DNA of 64,000 bases from Dictyostelium discoideum (lineage: Eukaryota), in contig CM000154.2 in assembly GCA_000004695.1 (NCBI GenBank), positions 2,208,001 through 2,272,000 on the forward strand, given 5' to 3'. The position numbers were made by a program, and so were the translations under genes. How positions within the stretch are numbered: the first letter of the stretch is position 1; the number at the start of each line of letters is the position of its first letter. Below the pieces are notes generated by a model, which saw only the letters and a list, made by a program, of their open reading frames with translations, was not told the origin of the DNA and searched no databases. Positions 1 through 12,477 of the stretch are shown here, piece after piece.

Positions 1-565
1 CCAACTTTTAAATTTTTATTTAAAATAAATGTTGAACTATCATCATCATCACTATCATTCTCTTCATCTTTATTATCAATTGGTGCTTGAAATCTAATTG
101 ATGATTTTGATTCAATTTTAAAAGCACCATCTTCTGGATCACTATTGAATTTACCATTTACAATAACATTTGAAGATTCTGCTATTGTGAAACCAACACC
201 TGATATTGATAAATCAACAAATTCAGATTCTTTATGTAATACACAATTACCTTTAATTGATACACTTGAATCATGAGAATATGATTTTATACCATTTGAG
301 AAATAACAAGTTGGATCATTTATTATACTCATAAATTCGATATCCATAATTGTTGATTTTAATGTTAAACGTGGTTCAAATCTGAATTTTTCATCACTTT
401 CATTTCCACTACCAATAAGTTGTAATTTTGAATTCTCTACATTAACTGTTATTGCTTCTGTATTTAAATCAATGATTTGAAATTTTATTTCACTATTTAT
501 AATATTAATTGTACTATTATCAATTTCACATTGTAATTGTTTAATTAAACCAATTTTTGAATTAT

Positions 566-597
<32 letters not shown>

Positions 598-977
598 TTA
601 TAGTTATTTAATTCAATTATTAAATTTGCACCATTAACTTTTAAATTTTGGATATTTAATTGATCTAATGATTGTGTTGAATTATCATTTGAAATTTTAA
701 AATGAACTGTTACACCATTTAATAAATCTATATTTGGTATATTTATGTTTTTATCTATTACATAATAACTATTTTCACCTGAAAATTTTAATAAATCACA
801 AGTTTCATTGGTAGGAACTTTATTTGTTGGCCATATTGATTTTTGATTAAAATTGCATGGTTTACTTTTAGAACAATCCATCTCAATTGGTGAACAATAC
901 ATACATACTACATTATTTATATGAAATGATAATGTTATTAAAATTAACAATAATGAAAATTTTAAAAACTTAATCAT
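1..977 (-). CDS. Secreted Cys-containing protein, partial: its 3' end runs off the window start
   Basis: Minus-strand reading frame starts at ATG 977..975 and stays open to position 1. The N-terminus MIKFLKFSLLLILITLSFHINNVVC is a hydrophobic signal peptide, followed by Cys-spaced and Asn-rich sequence and an acidic tail DSDDDDSSTF. It is missing from the ORF track because the window edge truncates it. No homolog recognised. Confidence 0.5.
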
Positions 978-1539
978 TTTATTTTATTTTATTTTTTTAA
1001 TTATATACATATAATTTTTATAAAAATTTAAATGATATATAGAGAGAAGAGACAGAGAGAAGTTATAATTTTTATTTTTAATTAAAAAAAAAAAAAAAAA
1101 AAAGAAAAAAAATTAATTTTTAAAAACCAACCAAAAAAAAAAAAATTAAATTGAAAAAAAAATAAAAAAAAAAATAAATAAAAATAAAAAATTTAGCTCT
1201 AAATATGTAGTAATTGCGGAGTCAGCAAAACCAAAATTTCTATGAAAATTAAAACCAAGATTGTAATCAAGATTGGTTAAAAAAAATATTAAACAAAACT
1301 TTTGGACAAAAAAAAAAAAATTTATAATCATTTTAATTTTTTTTATTTTTTTATTTTTCCATAATTACCAAAATATCTTAAAATCACTCTTTTTTTATTT
1401 TTTATTTTTTTTTAAAATTTTTTTTTTTATTAATTTTTTTGAATTTTCCTTAATCACTTTTTTTTTTTTGATTTCATTTTTTTTTTTTTTTTTTGTTTTA
1501 TTTTATTTTCAAACGAACGATATAAAAAAAAAAAAAAAG

Positions 1540-2312
1540 ATGAATAATTTTAGAAATTTAATTAATCAAAGTATTAGAAATTATTCAACAACAACAAATG
1601 TTGCAACTAAAACTAAAGTTTATGAATTAAAAACATATAATATTTTAGCAAATAATATTCCATCATTTTTTGAATTATTAGGAGAAAATAAAGGTTCAAA
1701 TAGTTTAGGTACTTGGGTAACTGAAATGGGTAGTTCAAATCAAGTTATTAGTTTAGTTGAACATGAAAGTTTAGATGACAGACAAATGAATGAATGGAAT
1801 ACTAAATTTCAATCAAAAGCAGCTAAATTAATTGAAAAACAAGAATCATTAATTCTTAGAGAATTCCCATGGGCACCATTTCAAAAGATTTCCAATGAAA
1901 AATCAAATGAAAATAAAGTTTGGGAATTAAGAACTTATCAATCCAAACCAGGTAAATTAGGTCAATGGGCCATCGATTTTACAACAGGTTTCGCTGAAAG
2001 AAAGAAAATCTCTGAACCAGTTGGTGTTTTCTATAGTGAATTCGGTCCTTTAAATACAATCGTTCATTTATGGCCATATAAAAGTTTTGAAGATAGATTT
2101 AGAATTAGAGATTTAGCTTTAAAAAATCCAGTTTGGTAAGAATAGAAAAAATAAAAAATAATAAAAAAATAAACTATAAAAGGAAATAATTTTTACTAAT
2201 AATTAAATAATTTTTTATAATAATATTATAAAATAGGGTTGAAACTGTTGCTAAAACAACTGCAAATTTAGATTCAATGGAAAGTAAAACTATTATTCCA
2301 GTAAAATTATAA
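1540..2312 (+). CDS. NIPSNAP-family protein, probably mitochondrial. Two exons: 1540..2135 and 2237..2312
   Basis: ATG at 1540 lies in frame with ORF-track ORF 1273..2139; the upstream poly-A encoded part is treated as non-coding. The protein carries the repeated YELRTY NIPSNAP motif (VYELKTYNI, VWELRTYQS) and an N-terminal presequence MNNFRNLINQSIRNYSTTT. A GTAAGA donor sits at 2136 and a TAG acceptor ends at 2236. Exon 2 encodes ...DSMESKTIIPVKL, which matches the conserved NIPSNAP C-terminus (human ...HMESRIMIPLKISPLQ). Confidence 0.8.
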
Positions 2313-2607
2313 ATTATTTCAAAATAAAATTATTAAATAGTAGAGAGTATTTGTGTTTTTTGCTATCTTAAACTATTTTTATTATTATTTTTTTTTTTAA
2401 CCAAAATTTATTAATAAATTTCCTTTTTTTTATACATATAATATTACATGAATTTATTTTTTATTTCTTTTCTTTTTTTTTTTCCTTTTTTTTTTTTTTT
2501 TTCTCTCTCTTTTCTCCTTTATTGTTTGTTTGCTGCTTCTAACTATAAATTTTATAAAAAAAAAGAAATTAATAAAATATTTTTGAAAAAATAAATGTTT
2601 GAATGAA

Positions 2608-3097
2608 TTAAAAAATTACTTTTTTAGATAAATCATCAACTCTTTGAGTTAATGCGGAAACTTCAGCTTTGAGATCAGCATTTTCTTGTTTTAATGCATC
2701 AACATCGATACCTAAAGAATTTCCAAGATGTTTTTTAATAAATCTGTAAAATAAATAAAAATAAAAATAAAGCTATTAATAATTTATATATATTATGATG
2801 TGATATATTTCTAATATTAAAAAATATTTTAATATTACTCTAATGCATCTGAAGGTTTATCAGATTCTTCGTATAAGCCAACAAGTACTTTAGTTAATGC
2901 ATCTATGACACCACTCTTTTCTAAATAACCTTTGAATTCTTCTTTTTCTGCTGAATTCTTCAAAAATTCAAATAAAAAAAGAAATTAAAATAATGAAAAA
3001 TGAGATTTAAAAAAAGAAAAAAAAAACAAGTAAAATAAAATAAAATAAAAATAATTTGATAAATTTAGACATTAGTAATTTTAAAACTTACTTGCAT
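2608..3097 (-). CDS. mycbp: c-Myc-binding protein (MYCBP/AMY-1) homolog. Three exons: 3097..3092 (ATGCAA micro-exon), 2960..2839, 2743..2608
   Basis: Manual minus-strand translation gives MQ/NSAEKEEFKGYLEKSGVIDALTKVLVGLYEESDKPSDALE/FIKKHLGNSLGIDVDALKQENADLKAEVSALTQRVDDLSKKVIF. This aligns closely with human MYCBP (…FRRYLEKSGVLDTLTKVLVALYEEPEKPNSALDFLKHHLG…). Donors are GTAAGT and GTAATA, acceptors are AG, and the phases are consistent (0/2/1+). A 6-nt first exon is typical of Dictyostelium. Confidence 0.75.
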
Positions 3098-3556
3098 GAT
3101 TTTAAATAGTCTTTATATATAATTGCGGGTATGAAATTTAAAAAAAAAAAGTTTTTTTTTTTTTTTTTTTTATTTTCAAAAAAAAAAAAAATCTAAAAAA
3201 AATAAAAAAAAAAAAAAATAAAAAAAAAAAAAAAAAAATTAATTAAACAATCCTTTTTTTAAAATTTTTTAAACATTCAAATTTGACTTTTAAAAAAGAA
3301 AAAAAAAAACATCAAAAGACTCCTACATCTAAAAAAATGATTAAAAAAAAAAAACTTTTCTCTAAATATTTTTTTATTCAATAATATTAAAAATAATAAT
3401 AAATAAAAAATAATAATTTTATTAAGAAAAAACAAATAATAGAATAAAGGTAAATAAAATTTTGAAAAATAAAACGAAAAAAAAAAAAAACAAAGAATAA
3501 GAATAATGGAAAAAAAAAAAATAGAAATTTTAAATTTTATTATATACATTTTTTTT

Positions 3557-3592
<36 letters not shown>

Positions 3593-3608
3593 GATAATCT
3601 TTTTTTCC

Positions 3609-6600
3609 TTAATCAGTTTCAACAGTTACATCACCACCAGTTCTCACAGGAGCACGAACTCTAAAAACTTTAACATATTCAGAGGTTTTAATATGATTTA
3701 GTGCTAAAGGTGTAACGAAAATATATTGTTTTGATCTATTTTCTTCAGCTTTTGACATTAAAAGATTGATAGAGATTGAACGATTTACTTCATCCATGAA
3801 AACATCGAATTCATCCATTGCACGGAAAGGACATTCCATATTCTCCCAGAAGGCCAATAATAATGATACAGTTGAGAAAGAACGTTCACCACCAGACAAA
3901 CCTTTGGTATCACCTTTGGCAGTACCATTTTGATTGGAAGGCAAAGCTTTTTGAAGTTCGACATTGATATCCAATTTACCATTTTGATGATCAAAAGTCA
4001 ACGAACCAGTGTAACCTTTCTTTGATAAGAAAATATTAAAGTATTGATCGGATCTACGAGAGATTGAAAGACGGAAACGTTGCCATTTCTTATAACGTTC
4101 ATTCAAATTTCTTTCCAATATGGTTGCCAATTCTTCAATGTTATCACGTTGCTCTGAAATCTCCTTGAGGGAATTATTTGCGTCTTGGAAAAGTTTCAAA
4201 GCTTCAGTTCTTGAACGTTTACCTCTGGACTCTTTCTCTAGTTGTTTTGTATATTGAATGATTTTATTGGTGAGTGTTGTATTGGTTTCATTGGTTGGTA
4301 TTTCAATACGTTCACAAATTTGAGTGGCTTTATCGGTTTTCTCTTTGACAATTTCTAAAATTCTTTGATATTCAGCTTTGAATTGATCTCTTTCTTGAGC
4401 ACTTCTACCTTGTTGTTGAAGCAATGCTTGTTTATTGTTATTGAGTTTTCTAAGACCTTCATTGAATTTTCTTAAATTATTTTCAATATTACCCAACTGA
4501 TTGGAAAGAACATCGATTTGATCATCCAATGCTCTGTTATTTTCAGCGAATGGTCCTTTTTGAGCGGCAACCTCAGTACGTTGAGCTTTTTGAATATTGA
4601 TCTCCTCATCCATTGATTTAATTTCCTCATCGAGTGAAGCTAAACCAATTTCCAACTCTGAATAATCATCAGTTTGTTGAACCAATGTATCTTCGATCGA
4701 TTTAATCTCATTAGTGATTTGTAGGATTTTACGAGAACATTGATTTTGATCTTGATCATTTTGACTGATTTTATGTTCAATGGCTTGAACATCACTACTC
4801 AATTCTTGTTCAATCTTTTTCTGTTGATTTAATGCTGGTAATTTCGATTCCATATCCCTTTGAGTACGTTGAATAGCAGCATCAGAATTTACACGTAACA
4901 TGGTGGCCTCACCAGAATTCTTTGCAGCTTGATAGAATGGATTACCACTCTTGGTTTTGGAATAATTGTTACCTTGTGGATCAAAGAATTGAGATAACCC
5001 ACGTGGACATCTATCAGTGTACAATACAGAATCAATCTCTTTACGATCATTACCCAACCCAATTTGTTCAACTTTTTTAGTATCAATTAAGAAATTAATA
5101 ATGAAATGAGAAGGTGAATCGAGAACACGTAACACTGTAGCTAAAGATGGATCCAATTCATCATGTTCCACAGTTTTATAGACTTCAGTGGTTTCGGGTA
5201 TTTTCGTATAATCAACTTTAATACCAAACTGATGACCCAGCTTTTGAAGGGTAATACCATCTGGAATGGAAAATACCAAAAAGTTTCTAAGTGTAGCCTT
5301 TGAGATTGCCGATTCAATAGCGAATGCCCAACTTTCATTCTTTATCTTTAAACTTAAACCAATGGGTCCAATGGGTAACTTTGAGAAATTACGACGACTT
5401 GCTTCAATTTTATGAAGAAAATCGGTCATACCTTTGCCATAGGCTTGATTTTCACCTTTTTGAGTTGATCTTAAATTGTTTAATTGTACTCTCAACCCTT
5501 CATACTCTCTATTCATCTGTTGGGTGATTGTACGTTGATTTTGATGATCTCTCTTTAAATTCTCTCTATCTCGCATTAGATCCTCTTTTTCTTTAATTAA
5601 TTCCTCCTTTCTTGCCTCCAATTGAAGTTTTTGTTGACCTTTCTTTTTAATCTCATCCAATTTCGATTGATTATTTGCCAATTGAGCATTTCTCTCTTTG
5701 ATTTCATTAATCGATTGAAGTTGAAGATGACGACGTTGTTTTCTTTGTTGTCTCTTTTTATTGTTTGCTTCAATTTGAGTTTGAATCTTTGCCTCTTCTC
5801 TTTCGATTGTCAATATCTCTCTATTGTTTGTCTCTTTCTTTTGTTCCTGTATTTTAATTTGATCTGTAAATTCTTTAATATCCTTTTTAATGTCTTCAAT
5901 TGATTTATTATATGTCTCAATGGTTTCATCAACTTTTCTAATATCATTATCAAAAGATCTCTCCTCTGCTTCTGCAACTTGTTTCTCTTTTCTCTTTGCT
6001 TCTCTCTCTGATTCAACAACAAAACTCCATGCTAATTGATTCTTAAATTCACTAATCTTTCTCTCTAATCCAACCATTTGTTGTAAATCTTTATATTCTT
6101 TATTATATTCTCTAACTTTTTTTTCTAATTCTTGAATTACCTATCATTTATTTTTAAAAAAAAATTAATAATAAAATTAATAATAAATAATAATTTTAAA
6201 AAAATTAAAAAATTAATTTTACTTACAACAACTTTTTGACTTAACATATCTTTAATTTTATCAATATGTTCTCTAATTGTTGTATAATCTTTGGTCATTT
6301 TATCTAATTGTGTTGCCATAAGGAATGATTTATATTTATCTTGTGGACCAGCAGAATTTAAGAATTGTCTACTGGTATCTTGAGTTAAAATTGACATTGG
6401 ATTATCAATTTGAATATTAAATTGTTCTAAAATCAATGATACATCATTAAATTTATCTGAAACCGTTTTACCATTATAATCTTTAACTTTATATCCACTT
6501 GAACCAGTTCTACTAATTCTTCTTTCAATAATAACTGATTTACCATATTTCTCTGGTTTAAATGCTTCTTGACCTTGATTTCTTAATTTAACTGTAATTA

Positions 6601-7007
6601 CTGCAGTACTTTATTTTTTTTTAAAAAAAAAAAAAAAAAAAAAAGTTAAAATAAAAAATAAATAAATAAATAAATAAAATATTAGTTAAATATATAATTT
6701 AAAAATTAAATAATTATATATACTCACTTTGTTTCAGCTTTTACTAAATCAGATAATTTACTACCTCTATTTGTAAAACCAGCTTTTGCACCTAAACAAA
6801 CGATTAATGCAATTAAAACTGCACTTTTACCACTACCATTTTCACCAGCAATAAAATTTACATTTGAACAGAAATCAAGTTTAAAATGACGATGACACAT
6901 GAAATTCTCCAATGTTATACTTTCTATGATACCAGCTTCAGGTTCTGTTACACCACTTTTCAATTGTTGTTCTCTTCTAACCGCCTCTCTTTCATCTTCA
7001 GAGTTAC

Positions 7008-7051
<44 letters not shown>

Positions 7052-7371
7052 CTACTACCACTATCACTTCCAGATGAATCCACATCCTCAACATCTTCAT
7101 CATCATCTTCACTTGAACCACTCTCTTCATCACTTGATTGAGCTTTTAATTTTTTTAATCTACCATTTGAAATTGGTTGTTGTTGTTGTTGTTGTTGGTG
7201 TTGCTTTGTTGGTGTCATTTGTTTTCCATTTTCAACTCTTTGTTGTTTATGTGGTCTATCTTGATCTTGTGTTGAATGAATTAATTCATCATCATCATCT
7301 TCTTCTTCTTCTTCTTCTTCTTCATCCAATTCGTGGGAATTTCCATCATGCCCTAACTTCCTCTTGGACAT
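3609..7371 (-). CDS. smc6: SMC6 (structural maintenance of chromosomes 6). Three exons: 7371..6728, 6608..6227, 6140..3609, about 1185 aa
   Basis: ORF-track ORFs 6724..7371 and 3609..6077 plus a hand-joined middle exon. Exon 1 has the Walker A motif [39 protein letters not shown] (human SMC6: [37 protein letters not shown]). The long coiled-coil arms and the C-terminal [19 protein letters not shown]…[17 protein letters not shown] are the SMC6-type signature/Walker B (human …PFRCLDEFDVYMD). A GTGAGT donor ends exon 1 in phase 2 and a GTAAGT donor follows …QKVVV. The N-terminus has an acidic poly-D/E and poly-Q extension. Confidence 0.85.
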
Positions 7372-7467
7372 AATTTATTTTTTTTATTTTTTTTTTTTAT
7401 TCCCAACAAAAATAATTATTTTCGTTATGAAATAGAAATTAAAATAAATAAATAAAAAAATAATTTT

Positions 7468-7484
7468 TATTTGCGCGCAAAAAA
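7468..7484. promoter_or_regulatory. E2F-like palindromic GC motif (TTTGCGCGCAAA) in the smc6 / Sec20-like divergent promoter
   Basis: This is the only GC-only 8-mer in a promoter that is otherwise nearly pure A/T, lying between smc6 (minus strand, ATG 7371) and the plus-strand gene starting at 7599. TTTSSCGC is the canonical E2F site, and here it is duplicated as a palindrome. The call rests on sequence match alone. Confidence 0.25.
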
Positions 7485-7598
7485 TTAAAAAAATAAAAAT
7501 TAAAAAAAAAAAAAAAATTATTATTGAAAAACTTAAAAAATGAAAAAAAAAAAAAAAAAAAAAATATAAAAATAATTTTTAACCCAAAACCACTTAAT

Positions 7599-8069
7599 AT
7601 GGAATCAATGAACAACCAAGAAATTTTAAATGGTACAATTGAATATGTTTCAAGATCAAGTAAATTATTAAAAAAAGTTTCTGATATTACAAAAGAGAAA
7701 ATTAAAGATTATCCATATTTAGATGATTTAACAGAAGAATATATTCAAGTATTTATTTAAATAATAAATATATATATTTTTTATTTTCATTTTTTTATTT
7801 TTTTTTTTATTTTTTTTTTTTTTATTTTTATTTTTTTTTTTTTTTTTTTTTATTTTTGGTGTATTAATATTTATTTACGTCAAGGCTCAACATTTATATG
7901 ATAGAACACCAAAATTATTAAAATTATTGAGCGAAATTAATATAACCGATGCCATCATCTCAAATGAAGTAATTGAAAATATAAATAATATGAAATATGA
8001 GTTGGATCATCTTATAGAATCTACCCAATTTAGAATCGATGATATAGATACCTATTTTAAAAGAGTAAT

Positions 8070-8110
<41 letters not shown>

Positions 8111-8529
8111 AATAAATAAAATAAAAATAATAATAATAAAAAAATTAATAATAATAAATCTAGGTCGAAACTGAATACTTTTTAAAAGATAAAAAAAATG
8201 AATTTTATGTTGAGTTATCTTCATACAATTCACAAATTCAAGATAGTTTAAAGAAGTTAAAATCAATTTATGATGGTGTAACTATTTATATATTATTATT
8301 TTTTTTTTTTTTTTTAATCATATTTATAAAAAAAAAAAATATTGACATATTGTTATTTAAATAGGGTAAACTATTAACAAAAGAGGTTAGTGAAATTAAT
8401 AGGAAAAAATTTAAAAATTCAGATAAAGTCCTAACTAAACATATCAACACAGGAATTGCACTTTTCATCATTTTAACATCACTTTTAGTTTATTTTATTC
8501 AATTTAAACCAAAAATATCACAAGATTAA
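7599..8529 (+). CDS. Tail-anchored membrane protein, probably Sec20/BNIP1-like. Four exons: 7599..7748, 7885..8064, 8164..8277, 8365..8529, about 203 aa
   Basis: The ATG at 7599 (MESMNNQEIL…) is preferred over the upstream poly-A-encoded M of the ORF track. All four exons are phase 0, with donors GTATTT, GTAATA and GTAACT and AG acceptors. The exon 2 frame is confirmed by ORF-track ORF 7927..8115. The C-terminus …YDGGKLLTKEVSEINRKKFKNSDKVLTKHINTGIALFIILTSLLVYFIQFKPKISQD is a single transmembrane anchor, and the segment before it resembles the Sec20 domain of BNIP1 (…LGRKLITKYNRRELTDKLLIFLALALF…). The family assignment is tentative. Confidence 0.45.
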
Positions 8530-8610
8530 TTTCCAAAGGAAAAAAAAAAAATAATAATAATAGAAAAATATAAATTACTATATACAATTTTATTTATTAT
8601 ATTTAACCAT

Positions 8611-9089
8611 TTAATTTTGTTGTTGTTTTAATTTTAAATTTTCAATTACTTTTAAAGATTCTTCAATATGAGAGGTGGCACTTAATAAAGCTGAATAAGT
8701 ATTAAGTATTTTACTATCGATATCAATGATAAATGTAGTTCTACCAGGTAATAATAAACCTTTTACGCCATAAGATTTTGCATTTTACCATCTTTATCAC
8801 TTAATAAAGTGAATGGTAATTTATATTTCTGTGAAAATTTTGAATGACTTTCAGAATCATCACAACTTATACCTATTACATCAACACCAGCATCTACGAA
8901 TTTTTCATATCTATCCCTAAATTCACATGCTTCTTTGGTGCAAACTGGTGTACCATCTTTACCATAGAAATATAATACAATTGGTTTTTTATTTATAAGA
9001 TCTTTTAATGTTACAATTTTACCATCTTTATCTGCACATGAAAATTCTGGGGCATAATCCCCAACATTTAATTTAATGGATTTTGTCAT
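8611..9089 (-). CDS. BCP/PrxQ-type peroxiredoxin (AhpC/TSA family) with an apparent 1-nt frameshift near 8766..8774
   Basis: ORF 8763..9089 encodes MTKSIKLNVGDYAPEF…VLYFYGKDGTPVCTKEAC…GVDVIGISCDDSESHSKFSQKYKLPFTLLSDKDGKMQNLMA*, with the peroxidatic Cys in the motif T-P-V-C-T-K-E. The conserved C-terminal half (YGVKGLLLPGRTTFIIDIDSKILNTYSALLSATSHIEESLKVIENLKLKQQQN*, stop at 8613..8611) continues in another frame directly downstream. It aligns to E. coli BCP …FGVWGEKSFMGKTYDGIHRISFLIDADGKIEHVF…. The join implies one T is missing in …AATCT(T)TATGGCGTA…. Confidence 0.7.
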
Positions 9090-9582
9090 TTTCTTAATTT
9101 TTATTTTTATATTTTTTATTTTATTTAAATTAATATTATTTTTTATTTATATATTTATTTATTTGTTTGTTTTATGGTTATTAAAAAAAAAAAAAAAGAT
9201 TTATTTAAATATCATTTTAAAAATAAAAATGAACGAAATCGAAAGTATTCCATTTTTTTAAAGAATAATGGAAATTTTTAATTTCATACCACTTCAAAGA
9301 AATCAGAAAATGAAAAAAAAAATAAAAAAAAATAAAAAAAAATAAAAAAAATAAAAAAAATAAAAAATATAAAAAAAAAAAGAAAAAAATCAAGAGAAAA
9401 TTATTGACCAACATTGTTATAATATATTATTATTATTATTATCATCCTTTTTTTTTTTTTTTTTTTTTTATTATTCCTTTTAATAAAAAAAAAAAAAAAA
9501 AAACTAACAAAATTTTTCTTTATTTTTATTGGGTGGCAAAACCTAACCCAAACTTTTTTTTTTAAAAAAATTTTTATTAACC

Positions 9583-9850
9583 CAACAAAATATTTGCAGC
9601 TGATATCCACGAATGACCAATCGTTTTTATTTTATTATTAATATCCACGAGCGACCAATCGTTTTTATTTTTTACCAAAAATACGAATAATATTATGATG
9701 AGGTTTAAAATTCATAGCAAAAAAAAAAAAATTCGATAAAGCCTAATGGTTATTTGATAATGATTTCCAAACATAATCATTGTATTGAGATTATTTTAAT
9801 GGGTGCTATATATCTATTTTTTTGATAATTTACTTTTGACCAACCAAATT
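9583..9850 (+). repeat. Paralogous non-coding promoter-like element, copy A
   Basis: Layout: CCCAACAAAATATTTGC, then a tandem pair ATATCCACGA(A/G)(T/C)GACCAATCGTTTTTATTTT (9601..9668), then a conserved distal block ATAATCATTGTATTGAGATTATTTTAATGGGTGCTATATATCTATTTTTTTGATAATTTACTTTTGACCAACCAAATT. That block has a TATA box followed by an oligo-dT stretch, as in Dictyostelium Pol II promoters. The same layout recurs about 2.9 kb away at 12478..12760. No ORF follows. Confidence 0.5.
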
Positions 9851-9856
9851 ACAAAA

Positions 9857-9888
<32 letters not shown>

Positions 9889-12392
9889 AAAAAAAAAATA
9901 ATAATAATAATAATATAAATAAAAAAATATCCTCCCAAACCTAAACAGTTTTGAAAATAAAAAAATTAAAAAAACAAAAAAAATATTAATAAAAATAGTA
10001 TTAATAAATTATTATATTAAATATAATCATAAAAATTAAAAAAAAAAAATAAAAAAAATAAAAAAATAAAAAAAAAGAATTTGAAAAAGACAATCAAAAA
10101 TGTATTTACGTAATTCTTTTTTTATATTATTGTATTTGGGTTTATAAAAAATAAAAATAAAAAACAATAAATAAGAGAAAAAAAAAAGTATTAATAAATT
10201 ATTATGTTAAACTGGAAATTTCAAAAAAAAAAGTATTTTGGGTCAAACTGAAAAAAATCAAAAAAAAAAAAAAAAATATTAAATTTATTTTTTCTCTATT
10301 TCTATTTTTAAAAAAATGGTGAAACTGAAATACTCCCATTAAGCAAGAATTGAAAGAACGAAACTCAATAGATTGGTAAAATACATAAATGGGTGGTCCT
10401 TGTTGCATTTTTGTGAAGACTTCCCCAAAAACAGGGTTTAATGGTTGGAAATTGGAGAGGATTTTATTAAAAAAAAAAAAAAATTATTAAAAAAAAAATG
10501 GAAAAAAAAAAGAATTTGAAAAAAAAAAAAAATTAAAAATGTATTTACCTATTATTCTTTTTTTCTTTTTTTATATCTCTACATATTATTGCATTATTTG
10601 GGTTTTAAAAAAAATAATAAAAATTAGTTTAGGAAAAAAAAAAAAATATATTATTATTTTTTTTTTTTAATAATAATAGTTTTTTTTTTTTTTTTGAGTT
10701 AAATTGTTATTAAAACTTTTATTAAGAAATATGGAGGAAAATTATAAAGATATTATTTATTATATGATTAAAATTTTATTTATTTTTTTAATTGGAAATT
10801 AAAAGAAAATTGAAAAAAATCAGGTAAAACATTATAAGTTGATTTGTTTTGATTTTTTTTTTTTTTTTTTTTAAATATCCCTTTTTTTTATTATTATCAG
10901 AGGAACATAAACAATCACAATTTCAAGATTATTTCTCTAAAAAATAATAATAATAATAATAGTTTTAAAAATTGTGTTAGTACTTTTTTATTCTTTTTTT
11001 TTATTTTTTTAGAGCCACAAAAAATCTAATAATTTTTTTAAAGGAATAATATCTTCTTGGTGGCTATTTTTCAATTAATTAATTTTAAAAAACCTGTGGG
11101 AAAAAAAAAGAAAGAAAAAAAAAAAAAGAATATAAATGTTAGTAGGACTAAAATTATAATCCAGAATAATTAAATCTTCTCATGTTGGAAAAGACAAAAA
11201 AAAAAAAAAAAAAAAAATAGTTTTTTTCTTTTTCTTTTTCTTTTTTTTACTTACCAAAAGGCATTAGAAATACAAATTGGTTGGACTTGAAACTTTTTAT
11301 TTATACTGAGAAAAAATAATAAAAAAAAAAAAAAAAAAAAGAAAATTTAAAAATAAAAAAAATAAAAAAATGATGTAACAATGGCATTATTACATTTACA
11401 AATTACATCATAACGTATTGTTATTTAACATTTAAATATTCTAATAATAAAAAAAAAAAAAAAATAAAAAAAAAAAACTAATATAAATATAAAAAAAAAA
11501 CCCCAGAGAAAGAAAATAGATTGATGAAAAAGAATAATCTTCTGTGTGTGTGTCTTTTTTGTTTTGAAATGATTTTTTGAAATTTCAATATTTTCATAAC
11601 CACCAACAAAAAAAAAAATATTATTTTAAAAATAAAATTTGTAGTGAACCCCACCACACACAAAAATAAACAAAAAACAACTAGATTTAGGACTGAACAA
11701 CACATAATAAATTTAGTATTACAAACCACAGATTTTATTCGAAACTAATTGTTTAAAAAGCAGTTATTTTATAAAAAAAAAAAAAAATTAAAATAATAAT
11801 AGTTATTATTAGTATAATTATTATTTTTATTATTTTCACTTTTGAATTACCTAATTGATTAACCCCTTTTTTTTTTATTTTTATAATAAAAAATTAAAAA
11901 AAATGAAAAAATGATTCCGGAAGTGATTTTTATGAATTACCAGTTTTGAGTGACTATGGGTATATTTAAAATGAAAAGTGGACTGTTTTTTTTTTTTTTT
12001 TTTTTTTAAAAAATTGTCTGAATTCTTTGTTTGAATTAAACTCAAGAAAACCTTTGATAATAAAGTAAAAAGGTGGATAAATTTTTTTTTTTCAATAATC
12101 AAAAAAAAAAAAAAAAAAAGGATACGACTAGTCAAAATTTAACAACATTACAATAAAATTGTTCAACCCATTTACGGGGTTAATTGATTTACGTTATATA
12201 ATTCCAATTTGAATAAAAGTGTTTATCGGTTCAATTATTAATAAAAATAAAAAAAAAAAGGCTTTTTAATAATATTATTAAATGAATTTGTGAATCTTTT
12301 TTTTTTTTTATTATTTTAATTATTAAATTTTAACAATTTCGTGACCACCATTAAAGCACCTGTGCAATAAGCAAATTAAAAAAAAAAATTTC

Positions 12393-12423
<31 letters not shown>

Positions 12424-12477
12424 CAAAAAAAAACAAAATTTAAATATATCAAAATGTGTGCCTATTTTTATAAATAT

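Noticed and set aside
1273-1539. 5' extension of the NIPSNAP ORF (ORF-track start at 1273) and of the Sec20-like ORF (start at 7524)
   Set aside because: The upstream parts are encoded by A/T homopolymers (KKKKFIIILIFFIF…, MKNLKNEKKKKKKNIK…) and start at non-ATG codons. The first in-frame ATGs (1540 and 7599) give N-termini that fit the protein families.
10390-10512. Small ATG ORF, MGGPCCIFVKTSPKTGFNGWKLERILLKKKKKNY, on a local GC island
   Set aside because: It is 40 codons long, runs straight into an A-run, has no splice partners and no homolog. I noted it only as part of the intergenic GC-island pattern.
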